From Octopus bimaculoides (Eukaryota): a stretch of 33,333 nt of DNA. The translations under genes and the position numbers were made by a program. The stretch is taken from assembly GCF_001194135.2 (NCBI RefSeq), contig NC_068986.1, forward strand, positions 24,552,833-24,586,165, given 5' to 3'. Under the pieces are notes generated by a model that saw only the letters and a list, made by a program, of their open reading frames with translations, searched no databases and was not told where the DNA came from. Below, in pieces: positions 10,886 through 22,440 of the stretch; position 1 is the first letter of the stretch; each line of letters begins with the position of its first letter.

Positions 10886-11075
10886 AATATATATATATAC
10901 ATATATACACACACACATATATATATATATATATACATATATATATACTCGCACAAGTACACACACTCGCACACGTACACGCACGCATGTACATATATGT
11001 GTGTATGTGTATATAAATATATATGTCTGCGTGTTTGTGCGTGAGTGTATGTGTATGTACATATATATATGTGGA
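10886..11075. repeat. Compound TA/CA/TG microsatellite
   Basis: Directly visible. Confidence 0.85.
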
Positions 11076-11209
11076 ATTTAATAAACAACACGGGAACAGA
11101 AGTTAGATAACCAACTTCATTAGCTTGTAACTGTTTCTGATATAAGATGTAATGTATATTGACTTGTAACATCAGATTATTAATATCACTCTGCCTAAGC
11201 GAAATCAAT

Positions 11210-11350
11210 ATGTGTGGGGAGAGGTGAGCGTGTGCGTGTGTGTTTGAGTGTGTGTACGCGCGTGTTTATGTGTGTTTCTGTGTGCGCGCTTGTGTGTATG
11301 TATGAGAACGCATCTGTGTACGTGTACATACGCACATATATATATATTCT
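11210..11350. repeat. Degenerate (TG)n microsatellite
   Basis: Directly visible. Confidence 0.85.
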
Positions 11351-11529
11351 TATTAGAAGCTGCAATTTCGTAACGTTATATTGCTTTCAAATTTGCGATC
11401 CGTCGGTGACAGTTACTAATTTAGGCTGGGGAAGTCGACAACGTTGTAGAATAGCACGTTTAAAAACGCGTTTTTTAAACGGCCTTCTACACCTGCATGT
11501 CAAATAATGACGCAGCCGCAGATTTGCCA

Positions 11530-11800
11530 GGATGGGGAAAATACTTCCCCATACCAATTAAATGATGATAATAATAGATATTGTTATCTAGTGTGAAGAA
11601 AGTAAGGGAGCAAAGCTTGTTGAGATATTGAGTTTCCATGAGATTAACATCGGTGCTGATCCCAATCGGAATGATAGGCGGTTTGGACTTCTTGAAGAAT
11701 GCATGGATACTTGGTGGGGATTATCTCAAAGAATTTCGGGGAACGGTTTTTGAAAGCAATATGTGTTGATGTTTAGTGTAGCTGGAACTAAATAATAGTA
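11530..11800 (-). mobile_element. Possible Penelope-like RT relic
   Basis: Minus strand reads LNKLCSLTFFTLDNNIYYYHHLIGMGK, resembling PLE RT N.YF.F...Y.Q..G.AMG. A frameshifted SSxYTNI-like motif lies upstream. Weak. Confidence 0.3.
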
Positions 11801-12464
11801 AAAGTAATACCATCACGAAAGGTATCAACGGAAGTTGGGAAGGCAAGTCAGTGGAATTGGGCAAAGCGAGATAATTAACAAGAACAAAGCTTCAAGGCTG
11901 GCAACTAAGTTGGTCTATTTGGAAAGGCTTCATATACGGTATGAGGACTGGTGCGCAAAAAGATTGTCAACAATAAGTTTTCGAAACGGCGCGCATTTTC
12001 ATCCTTTTGTGTATATATANNNNNNNNNNNNNNNNNNNNNNNNNNNNNNNNNNNNNNNNNNNNNNNNNNNNNNNNNNNNNNNNNNNNNNNNNNNNNNNNN
12101 NNNNNNNNNNNNNNNNNNNNNNNNNNNNNNNNNNNNNNNNNNNNNNNNNNNNNNNNNNNNNNNNNNNNNNNNNNNNNNNNNNNNNNNNNNNNNNNNNNNN
12201 NNNNNNNNNNNNNNNNNNNNNNNNNNNNNNNNNNNNNNNNNNNNNNNNNNNNNNNNNNNNNNNNNNNNNNNNNNNNNNNNNNNNNNNNNNNNNNNNNNNN
12301 NNNNNNNNNNNNNNNNNNNNNNNNNNNNNNNNNNNNNNNNNNNNNNNNNNNNNNNNNNNNNNNNNNNNNNNNNNNNNNNNNNNNNNNNNNNNNNNNNNNN
12401 NNNNNNNNNNNNNNNNNNNNNNNNNNNNNNNNNNNNNNNNNNNNNNNNNNNNNNNNNNNNNNNN

Positions 12465-12496
<32 letters not shown>

Positions 12497-12862
12497 TGTG
12501 TAAAAGTGGGTGTACAAAACATCTGCATGTATGTAATGATTTCTCTGAATTATTTATACTATCTTTGTTTTTTCAGTTAATTCAGATAACAAAGTGAAAC
12601 AGCAAAAAACAAAATGAGATGCGTATAAGCTTCACTGAATGCAAATGGTGACAAAATAGAAACTGGAAATTGAAATTATGTGTAATCTTCTACAAGAAGG
12701 TGCTAACAAGCCAGTTATTGCACGTACCATATAATTTACTGAAATTACGTAATTTGACGACATATAACTTGTGATGTGCTTTAAGTTGTATTTGAATCGA
12801 GGTCGTGTTGACAAGGTTTGGTAAATTGCTACTTTGCTTGTATTTTTTTTTTCAATTTGTTG

Positions 12863-12934
12863 ATATTATATTACATTATATTATGTTATATTATATTATA
12901 GTATAGTTTAGTATATTATATTATATCATGTTAT
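12863..12934. repeat. Degenerate (TTATA)n pentanucleotide repeat
   Basis: Directly visible. Confidence 0.8.
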
Positions 12935-12935
12935 A

Positions 12936-13025
12936 GGTGCATGTACGGTAGTGTAGTAAAGATACTCGCTTGACATCTAATAGTTGCAGGTTCAGTCCCA
13001 CCACATGGCACAATGCGTGTCTTCA
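12936..13025 (+). mobile_element. SINE family A head fragment
   Basis: gtagtgtagtaaga-like A box, ggttcagtcccac B box, then ggcac..gtgtcttc as in other copies. Confidence 0.65.
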
Positions 13026-13141
13026 GCTCAGTGAATATTCATTGATTTATGCATACTCATTTTGAACATTTTACGTGTGTGTGCGTGCGTGCACGCCCGT
13101 GTCTATCTGTGTGTGCGTGTATGTATGCGGGGTGTATATGA

Positions 13142-13186
<45 letters not shown>

Positions 13187-13329
13187 CATATTTAGGTGCA
13201 TGTGGTGGATTCTCCGGTCATAAATGGCAAATGAGGGCGCTCAGCAAATTCTTGTTGAAGAGCTTACACAGGTGATTCGTTTACAGTTATAAAATGTTAT
13301 AAATTGTATATTGCTTCACTTCCACTATC

Positions 13330-13475
13330 AAATCAACTTTACCTGGACAGGTGCACGAATGTGCACTACGTCAGATATCGAACTGGCCACAGTGCAACAT
13401 GAAATGAAGAGCAATGCATCGCCCGGTTCGAGAGTAACAGCTAACCACTAGGCATGGCGTTACCACGTCTTCACG
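13330..13475 (-). mobile_element. Degenerate tRNA-derived SINE family C fragment
   Basis: tgaaatgaag..gcatcgcccggt..ctaaccactaggc resembles 22255-22440 and the head of the element at 33230-33319. Confidence 0.45.
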
Positions 13476-16110
13476 TGAGTATATGTTTGTGTGTGTATGT
13501 GTGTATCTGTGTGTATCTGTGTGTATCTGTGTGTATTTCTATATACTTACCTAATTACCAACATTCATTTGTCCAACTATACTCCTTCTTGTTGACTCCA
13601 ACTTATTCAATTATCCATTGACACACTACAGAAGCTTCTACGCAAATCTGGCAGTACGTATAATACCACAGCTGGATAGCACCGGGTGAAATCTAAAGGT
13701 GGACGAGCTTTAGACTGTGCTCTACTACGTTCTTAACAAAAGTATAACCTAACTATACATACTTATATATATACAGAACGAGATAGAGACACAGGCATTG
13801 GTACATAGACATGTCTTCCTATACAATTTTGTATAAGCGTCTATCAGAAATGCAAACTTTCGTAAACATATTAAACTGAATTTTTTATTAACAATGACAC
13901 AAGTATATATATTTGGGAAGAGAGAAGAATCGATTAAATATTTTCCCAGTATTTGACTGGTGTTTTAGTGACCTCGTAAGAAAGAGAGTCAAAGTTGCCC
14001 TCAACTTTGAACTGTTTACGATGGTGGATCTAATTACTGTAAACTAGCGTGGCTTTTTGTGAACACATACATGCAATATTGATCAAGTCTTGCTATAATT
14101 ATTGAAAATATATTGTCTTTTTAAGTCACATACCGTATTGAATTTATCTGTTTATTCTTGTAGGTTTAAAGTCGATTGAATCAAGCTCTGTATATCACCG
14201 ATATGCAAGTAAATTAGCCGCCTGTCAAAAAAAAAAAAATTGCTGGAACTAGTCACCGTAAAAGAATATGAATAAGGCGAGAATGTGAAATTATTGTTTC
14301 TAATGAATGAAATATTGCTCCGAAAACTTAACAATAAACGTATATTAATTTTATATATTTTTTTTCCTTTATGACTATAATCGGTATATAAGTTCAGTGT
14401 GCCAACTATTGGATCACTGAGTTTACTATGGAGAGAGTGAGAAGGAGCTCTGATAAAATTTTATTACAACTGAGTTTGTGTTATAAAATCACAGGATTAA
14501 TAGTTTTATCCTCGATACTTATATCTTTCTCCGATGTATATTGCCGAATGTTTTGCGCACTGGTGGAATCGCTAAAACTTTGGGCAAAATCCTTTATGCA
14601 TTTGAGCGCTGATCCACTATTCAGATCCTGCCCGAATCAACGTTACTTTCATCTTTAAGAGAGCGTAACAGTTACAGCATTAAACAAGATGTCATGCCTT
14701 GTTTTTTTTTTTTGCATTCTGAAGCAAAACAATTTGCGACAAAATTACTGCCAAAATGTATGGGAATTGTTCTTTTATTTTTTTCTCTTCGACAACCATT
14801 TTGGCGAATAGAACGAAGACTCTTATACATGAGGAAGTATTGGCCTTCCATTACAACATACGATACCCAGGGCCGTAAGTTTAAAAGAATATTTCCATTG
14901 CAGTTCCATAGTTTCGCGAGTGCCTGGATACACGGATATGACGCATTCAGAATGGTTTTCATATTCAAAATGCTACTCAAAACCTATTGGACAGTCCGAC
15001 GCTATAAGGAAAACACTAATCCAACTTGCCAAAATCTGGAATTAAAACCAGAAATAAAAGGTTGCAAAACGAACATTTTAACCACAACTCCTATACTATT
15101 ACTTTTATGAATCAACATATATGTGTGTGCTTTTCTGTTTGCATATATGTGTGTATCTGTGTGTTCCTNNNNNNNNNNNNNNNNNNNNNNNNNNNNNNNN
15201 NNNNNNNNNNNNNNNNNNNNNNNNNNNNNNNNNNNNNNNNNNNNNNNNNNNNNNNNNNNNNNNNNNNNTATTATTTATATATCTGTGTGTGTGTGTGTGT
15301 TTGTGTCTTGTACGTTTTATGCATATGCATGTATACATATATTTACACATATATTGTATTTATAGACAAATTTGTGTATCCCTTTATATGTATACGTTAG
15401 CGTTTTTTTTTTAATTATACATTATGTATTATTCATGTATATGTATAAAAATAACAAATCTCAAAACAGACATAGACTGACTTGAATGACGTCAAACAAC
15501 GTAGCCGCCATTTTAAAGTGGATAATATATTTGATGAATTTTTTTTATTTTTACTTTTTGTCCCATCTGGAAATATATTGCTATAAAATGACAAGCAAAT
15601 TGACTCCAATGTAAATCATTGTTGTGAAACGTCAGTTATAAAACATTGCTCACTTAATGACTTTAGACATGTGTTTGTGCTGTATCACGCATCTCTCATA
15701 AACGTATTATCATTTTTTTTTTCTTGTACAACGTGTCCAAAGATAAAAAAAAATGACGCGCTGATAAATGAAAATAAATAGCATAACCAAAAATAAAAAA
15801 AAAATGTAAAAGAATAATTGAACAATTTCATTCCTTGTTTTTAATATCTTTTGATGTATGATTCGATTTCAACATTCATGAAAAGCAAATTGGTTTCAGA
15901 AAATTGATGGCCATTATATTCAGCAAGATTTTTGTACTTCAAACTTACAAGTAAACAATGCTAAATAAAGAAACGGCGTTTGATTTTTTTTTTTTTTTTA
16001 CAACATGTCGATATATCGCTTTGTATGTACACCATATAAAGGAACTGTAATGCGTTTGTGGCTTACGTGGACAATTTGTTCTCTGTCATCTCTGTATTAA
16101 GCATTCACAG

Positions 16111-16185
16111 CTTCAAAACGTGATGTCGTAAACATCGCGAGGCGTGCCAGAAAGTCAGATTCCACCCTTAATCAGGCTAATTCAT
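16111..16185 (+). CDS. Candidate internal coding exon (75 nt, phase 1-1) of an unidentified gene: SKRDVVNIARRARKSDSTLNQANS
   Basis: Pyrimidine-rich acceptor ttctctgtcatctctgtattaagcattcacAG and donor CAT|GTATGT. Length is divisible by 3, only one frame is open, and it is locally CpG-rich. No homology recognised. Confidence 0.35.
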
Positions 16186-16367
16186 GTATGTGTACATTTG
16201 TGTGTATGCGTGTTTATGTGTACGTGCGTGTGTATTATATATACATTATGTGTGTGTGTATGCATGTGTGTGCGTGCGTGTTTGTGTGTGCGTGCGTGCA
16301 TGTGTGTGTATAGGTATANNNNNNNNNNNNNNNNNNNNNNNNNNNNNNNNNNNNNNNNNNNNNNNNN

Positions 16368-16406
<39 letters not shown>

Positions 16407-16515
16407 ATGATCATATGTTGACAGGATCGTATAAACGTGTATTTATGTATGTATATATTCATACATACATACATACATACATACATACATACATTCATGC
16501 ATGCATAATGCATAC
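16186..16515. repeat. Compound TG/TGCG, TA (gap N16319-16367) and (CATA)n microsatellites
   Basis: Directly visible. Confidence 0.85.
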
Positions 16516-16519
16516 ATGC

Positions 16520-18320
16520 ATATAAGCAACATCTTGGCTGTGGGAGATGAGGTATTGCCCATGGACATTGTCCATGACCTTTGCAGTTCTTCCTAAATCA
16601 GTGAGATTTAGGAAGTAGATGTTTTTAAAGTTTCTAAACGAATACGAATTGCAGATGGCCGACGACATTGGAAAGAAGGAAGGAAGGAAGTACTAGGTGC
16701 ATTAGCTTGTGTGAGGCCTGAGACGTTAGACAGAAGTGTGATTACTTAGAAATGGGTGAGTGCGAGAATGCCTGAGTAGAAGTGGTATGAGAGAGCTACA
16801 AGGAGAAGAATCCAGTATGGAATCGATAGAAAAGGCAGGGAGAGAGAAGAGAAAGGCTCCTTTTAAGATTAATATTACCATGTGAGTTATTTGTCAGTGG
16901 AGTGATCCAGTGGAATGTCCCTTTCCCGGATGTGTTCTAAAATGTATATGCATAGAGTAGCAACAGCGGCAGCCTCCCAGATCAAAGTACAGAATTAATG
17001 TCTGGCCCTAAATAGAAGGGTGAGTTTTTGGAGAGCTATGCTAATTATCTTAATGATGATCTTTCATCAAAAGAGTATCACTGTGGTAATGAGACCCATG
17101 ATAATTGGTAAGATTTTTGAGGGGTGTAGTTGAGTTTTTAAATGAGAGGCTACAACGATGTTTTCTTGATATGAGTAGCGTTAGTGTTTTGTTTGGGATG
17201 AATTAAATGAGACTGATATACCCCCATTAGAGGACGTTTTCGAGGTCTCTGATCATGGAATCAATGTGCGTTAGGCGTTGAATTTCTAGGTTGCCCGTGG
17301 ATAATGCATGTTGGAAAAGTTTTAGGGAGGAATAACTAGTAGTAGAATATTCGTAAAAGGCACCGACCTGGCAGAATGGTTACCGCGCCGGAAAAAGTAC
17401 TTGACAGTATTTCGTCCGACTTTACGTTCTGGGTTCAAATTCCGCAGAGGTTGACTTTGTCCAAGTACTATTGTTGAAACCAATATTATCTTCCTAGGAC
17501 TAGATTTCACTTAATGTGGGGAAAAGTAAATAATGGGAGTATAGAAAGAAGAGAGTAGTAGACAAATCCAGTCCTTTGGGCACAACGCCAGAATGACAGA
17601 CAGAAAGAGCTGCCATCACACAGCAATAATACGGTCTGATAGGAAGCAACCGATCGAATACATGAAAGATGGATGGGTCCTGAGAGATTTGCACACAGAC
17701 AGGGTAAACTGCTTCGCCAAAGTGAAGGGCGATAAAATTCCTTTCGCGATGTTTCTTCAGTGTAAGATGTCACTGGTAACTGACAAGAAAGAATAGGTTA
17801 CACGTGGATCAGGTTTTACGGAAAATATATTGGAGGTCACCAAAAGGAGACAGGATTTTAAGGAGTTGAAAAACATTGTATATAGCTTGCTTAGATATAT
17901 TACATCTTTACTTTACATGTTACAAATAAGTGCATTTGGACGATGGTTGGTACGATCAGAGAAGTTGAATTTGTTGAGGTTGATAGTCATTATTGAGTGT
18001 TTCTAAATATCAGGCTAGATACATTACAGAGAGTGAAAATCTGTAAGTTTTAAAGGGTATAGGATAGTTCCAGGGTACAATATATAGGGGTAATAGGCGA
18101 GACACCGTCATGGCCGGAGATTTGGCTTCTTTTAAGATACTTTGGTATTTGGTGTGTGTTTATGCAATGTGGTAGACCAGGAGGAGTAGAAAAAAGTAAA
18201 ACTGAAAGAAATTTGTTAAGTGTATATAATGTGGAGTTGGCTGAAAAGCAGATGAGGAAGGTGGTGGATTTCTCTATTTGGGTACTGTTCACAGAACCAT
18301 CGTTGTAATACATGCATTCA
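16520..18320 (-). mobile_element. 5'-truncated degenerate CR1/L2-group LINE (RT and C-terminal region), interrupted by a SINE
   Basis: Minus-strand translation, in order: DGS..KSTTFLICFSANSTL; GHDGVSP..CTLELS (GPDG motif); HFGEAVYPVCVQISQ; FLSDR; SGVVPKGLDLSTTLFFLY (SGVPQGSVL motif); degenerate YADD near 17490; DLENVL*WG..FIPNKT; ALQKLTLLFRARH; LIWEAA. Confidence 0.85.
17357..17478 (+). mobile_element. tRNA-derived SINE family B, partial, inserted into the LINE RT
   Basis: aaggcaccgacctggcagaa head, gggttcaaattccgc B box. Homologous to 20346-20538. Confidence 0.8.
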
Positions 18321-20044
18321 TAAATACATAAATTCATTTGTACTAATTGGTTCATATATGTAATGAGTATCATTCGTAAAGTAAATCTATGAAATTTACC
18401 TCAGCCTTAAAGTGCGCTGTTAACATTCTGATATAAACCAGTATCTATTGGCATTGTATCTGAAATAATAGAATGTAGTATAAAGTACTGTACCAGAAAT
18501 ACAGCGATTGTTCTACAAAAAATTTCAAACTGTATCACGGAGAAGCTAGTGTGATATTATATGATAATAATACTTGTTATGATATAATATATTTGTGGTG
18601 ATACAGGTGACATCATCCGAACTATGGCTTGTTTTCCACAACGATATAGACTCGACCATGTATGCATTCATTCATATTAACTAAAAACATAATTACTTGT
18701 GTTGACTAAACGTAAAACCACAGACTTATTGGGAAGAAAGCGATATTAACAGCTTAATGTCTTTCTCCAGAACATTAATGGTATGAAGAGAAATAACGTG
18801 GTTTCAACAATGAATCAAATTCGAACTTAATATTGGATTAGATGAGAACTTACTTCCTAGTTTCTAATAATTGCCTGATTGGAAAATTATACCAAATAGT
18901 TACCATTGCTAACAGTTATACAAGAGAGGCACGTAGTAAGATTTAAGCAATGTAATTCAGTGAAATCGCTTCGATCACAAATTGAAGTTTGTGCTCTTAC
19001 ATCGTACTTTCCAGCAAATTTTAAAACACATTAGCATAGCAATTATAGAGTATTATTAACATTCCACATTTAACAAATATCGCTAAATAGATAACAATGA
19101 CAATATAACAGATAGAATGAATGCCAAATATGTTCATTCATTCATTAATCTTGTGATACAGCAAAACGTTTTAGAGGATTTTCGAAATTAAGTAATATCA
19201 GTTTTTCATTCCGCTTGCAATAATCGTTTATGTAAATTGGGATTCTTTTAATTATGCTTAAACAATTCTGTTGACACAGATATAATGAAACACTTGGAGT
19301 GCTCTAAAAATAGAATTGTTTAATCGAACTCCAAATGCAATTTAAATTACATATTTTATCGACACATTGTTAAGTACCATTCATTACGGATAGTGAAGAC
19401 ACTTAACATTCGCTGGATTAATCCTGCTAGCAACATATCTCATCATGGCGAAGGTGATCGGAAGCTATTAATCTCTAACTGAAAAGTGTGTCTTCGGGTG
19501 AGTCTGAATAATTTTATGGGTTACATGATAATTTGTTGAATGAAACGTTTATTTTTTTCCTTTCGTGGAAAGGAGCGAAGAGATAGAAACACTCGTTTAA
19601 ATTATTGTTGAGTGTTTGCTTTGTCTTTCAGCTTTCTGAGTTCGAATCACATCATGACTGATTTTCGTTCTAATTTCCGGTATTCTGGAACATATGTTTG
19701 GTCGATTCAACTTATATTATTCCCTATCGACAAACATTTAAGTTTACAAATCACCATTTTACAAATAAAATATCGTGTTGGACAATGGTGTCGACAACGT
19801 CTCGCAATGCGTTCTGAGTTCAAAATACTCCCGTTCAATCTTCCGGAGTCAATATATATGACCTAAAACTGTTCACTTCCAGAGTGAATTTATAGGACCT
19901 ACAGCTCTTTGTTTTATTCTACTTTCCTACTACAAAAGGCAAAAAGTGTCGATGCTAACGTCTCAGTGGCAAAACAATATGACTCTCGATGGAATAGAAT
20001 ATATGATTACGTAGGATCCCATTTCAATAGGTAATTTACAAAGA

Positions 20045-20590
20045 CGCAGATTTAGCTGTGTATTTAAGATAGTTTCTTTGCAACCAGGTGGTTATGGGTT
20101 CAGTTTCATTGCGCGGCACTTTAGACACTAAGCTGACCAATGCCTTGTGAGTAAATTTCTTAGACAGCCATTGTTGAAGCTCGTTGTATATACACTTGTA
20201 TATATGTATATGTGGGTGTCTTTCTGTCTGTACTCCACTACACTGCTTGATTACAGGGGATGATTCTTCATGGACCATAACTTAGGAGTTCAGCAAAATA
20301 AGCCGGGAGAATAAGTACCAGGCTTAAAATAAGAACTTGGATCGAAAGGCAGCGAGCTGGTAGAAACGTTAGCACGCCGGGCGAAATACTTAGCGGTATT
20401 TCGTCTGCCGCTACGTTCTGAATTCAAATTCCGCCGAGGTCGAATTTGCCTTTCATCCTTTTGGGGATGATCTAATTGGGGTCGATCTAATTGACTGCCC
20501 TATCCCTTAAAATGTCGGGCCTTGTGCCTAGAGTACAAAAGAACTTGGATCGATGTGTGCAATGATTGAAAGAAATAGATAAAAGATAAA
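20045..20590 (+). mobile_element. SINE family A (degenerate), split near its 3' end by a family B insertion
   Basis: tttagctgtgtatt..gggttcagtttcattgcgcggcac..gccttgtgagt..agaataagtaccaggctta. The tail (tgattgaaagaaatagataaaagata) resumes after 20553. Confidence 0.75.
20346..20538 (+). mobile_element. SINE family B with a perfect 15-bp TSD
   Basis: Well-preserved copy (aaggcagcgagctggtagaaacgttagc..ttcaaattccgccgaggtcg). aagaacttggatcga occurs at 20331-20345 and 20539-20553. Confidence 0.9.
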
Positions 20591-21248
20591 GCGCAGATTT
20601 CAATTTATGAATAACTGGTTAACTTGAAGTGCTGTGCTCCAGATCGCTGCGAATAGAAGCTGAATTAGGCATTATGGTCATACTCAGTTACATGATAATA
20701 TAGAAGTGTTGCATATGTCGAATTTACCATAGACTATGCCGATGTTAGATCAATGTTTTCATATGGGCTACTGCAGATAGTGCATCTTACATCATTGTTT
20801 ACAATCTACAGCGAAACCAATGAAATATTCATCAATTTAATATAATTTTATTACTGAGAGGATTATTTAAATAGATGTTTATGCTTTACATCGTTAAACT
20901 GGGAAGATCACAACAGACTGAAACACTACCAATTAAACAGACGCTAAGACGAGACAAAACTTTCTCAAATTCCACCATACTATCTTAATGTGGGTTTTTT
21001 TCTTAATTCATACACTAGAGAAAGGGTTTTTATATATAAGACACAGTATTGGATATTATGAAATGGAATATAGTTGATGTTAAATAGGATTGATGAGGGC
21101 CGAACAGCAGCAACAACAGCTACGGTAACAGTGGTGAACAAGATGAGTGTATGCATAGCTATGACATTAAAAGCTTTTCTCTTTGCAATACTTGCCTTAG
21201 TGTTCGATACCATTGCGTCGTATTTCGCAACCATCAGATAAACACTTA

Positions 21249-21436
21249 GGAGGGCGTACTGAGAAATTCTTGGCTTTGGTAACAGAAAGTACAGGAGGAT
21301 CAGTTAATTATGATTTTATTCAACATATTCCCCTCTCAGATTCACACACGTACTGCAGTGGCCATTCAGTTTTTCTAAGCCCTGTAAAAGCCTTTCGCGA
21401 TACCCTTAAATCCAAGAAATTTTCAGCACCCCCTCG
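21249..21436 (-). mobile_element. 188-bp mariner-derived MITE with TA TSD
   Basis: TA at 21247-48 and 21437-38. About 30-bp imperfect TIRs (25/31 identities counting the TA). The internal minus-strand remnant LQGLEKLNGHCSTCVNLRGEYVE* matches a mariner transposase C-terminus. Confidence 0.9.
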
Positions 21437-21464
21437 TACTCTTAAAATATAATGAATGCCTCAG

Positions 21465-21700
21465 AATAATAGTAAAAACTGTGAGTCTTGGGTTACGTTC
21501 CTTAGTCAATTAGCTTTGATTAAAAGATAACAAAGTAGCGGTATCACAAGCAGTGAAATAACTAAACAAAATCATTACCGTGTACTGCAGACACCTGAAG
21601 ACGGCTGGAATACACAACAGTCGATATAACTGAATATAAGAACATAAATGCGGACATTTGTCCGAATATATCAGTATATAAGAATGTTAATCTTTTGTCA
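21465..21700 (+). mobile_element. Degenerate Penelope-type short repeat with a hammerhead-like relic
   Basis: CTGAAGA(21595)-c-GGCTG-loop-CAGTC-GATA. Boundaries are approximate and the family assignment is inference. Confidence 0.4.
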
Positions 21701-21753
21701 TAAAAACTGAGACAACCATCATTGCTGTGTTTGGTTTAATATATTGCAAGCAT

Positions 21754-21967
21754 AAAGCAGCGAGCTACAGAATTGTCAGCACATCGAGGGAAAATCCTTA
21801 GCGGCATTTCGTTCGTCTTTACATTCCGAGCTCAAATTCTACCGAGGTTGACTTTGCATATCATCTTTTCGAGATCGATAAAATAAGTAGCAGTTGAACA
21901 CTGGGGTTGATATAATCGACTTACTCACTCAACCGAAATTGCTGGCCTTGTGCTAAAATTTGAAATC
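21754..21967 (+). mobile_element. SINE family B with a degenerate 16-bp TSD
   Basis: Homology to 20346-20538. Flanks aatatattgcaagcat (21738-53) and aatatatgacatgcat (21968-83) match at 13/16. Confidence 0.85.
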
Positions 21968-22199
21968 AATATATGACATGCATATTATAGTCTTTAGTTA
22001 AAACTGCCCTGTCAATAATGAGCACAGTTTATCTAAGTATTTGGAAAAGAGGTCTACTAAATGTTTCACTATAATATGCGGTATGTATATTATAGTCACC
22101 AGTTATAGCCCTAGGACAGCCACCAATAAGAACGAACACAGAAGAACCTGCCGAATATTTAGAGATCGACATATACGTGATGTATAGGCCGAACTTACT

Positions 22200-22440
22200 T
22201 AGCTCTGTTATGATCCAGAGAACTCTTAAGGATGAAGATTAACCAGATTACCGTGACGTATAAATGACTTGAACAGGGTTAATTTCTCAGCCATTGTTAG
22301 AAATCATTTACAGCTGAATGGAAATGAAATGATATGAAATGTTTTGCTCGAGAACACAAGGCACCACTCTAACCGAGAATCAATGCCATGGATCTTACAG
22401 GCACGAATGCATCACCCTAAGCACGAAAACATGAAACTTC
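22200..22440 (-). mobile_element. Degenerate tRNA-derived SINE family C
   Basis: The + strand tgaaatgttttgctcgagaacacaa reads on the minus strand as ttgtgttctcgagcaaaaca, a CORE/Meta-like central motif. A degenerate tRNA-like head lies near 22370-22435. Confidence 0.6.

Noticed and set aside
14428-15110. ORFs 14428-14658 (+), 14694-15110 (+, 138 aa) and 14672-14980 (-)
   Set aside because: No recognisable domain. Faint, mutually incompatible resemblances (Gypsy integrase on +; PLE RT GTAM/FLDDCF-like on -) are too weak to call.
18607-18659. Possible 53-nt exon (AG|GTGACA..CAT|GTATGC)
   Set aside because: Poor polypyrimidine tract, two open frames and no recognisable protein; chance is likely.
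19395-19503. Strong donor CGG|GTGAGT near 19497
   Set aside because: All frames upstream of it close from the available acceptors; no coding exon is supportable.
20980-21452. Hydrophobic ORF 20980-21234 (-) and ORF 21213-21452 (+)
   Set aside because: No family motif or convincing splice sites. The second ORF is the antisense reading of the mariner MITE.
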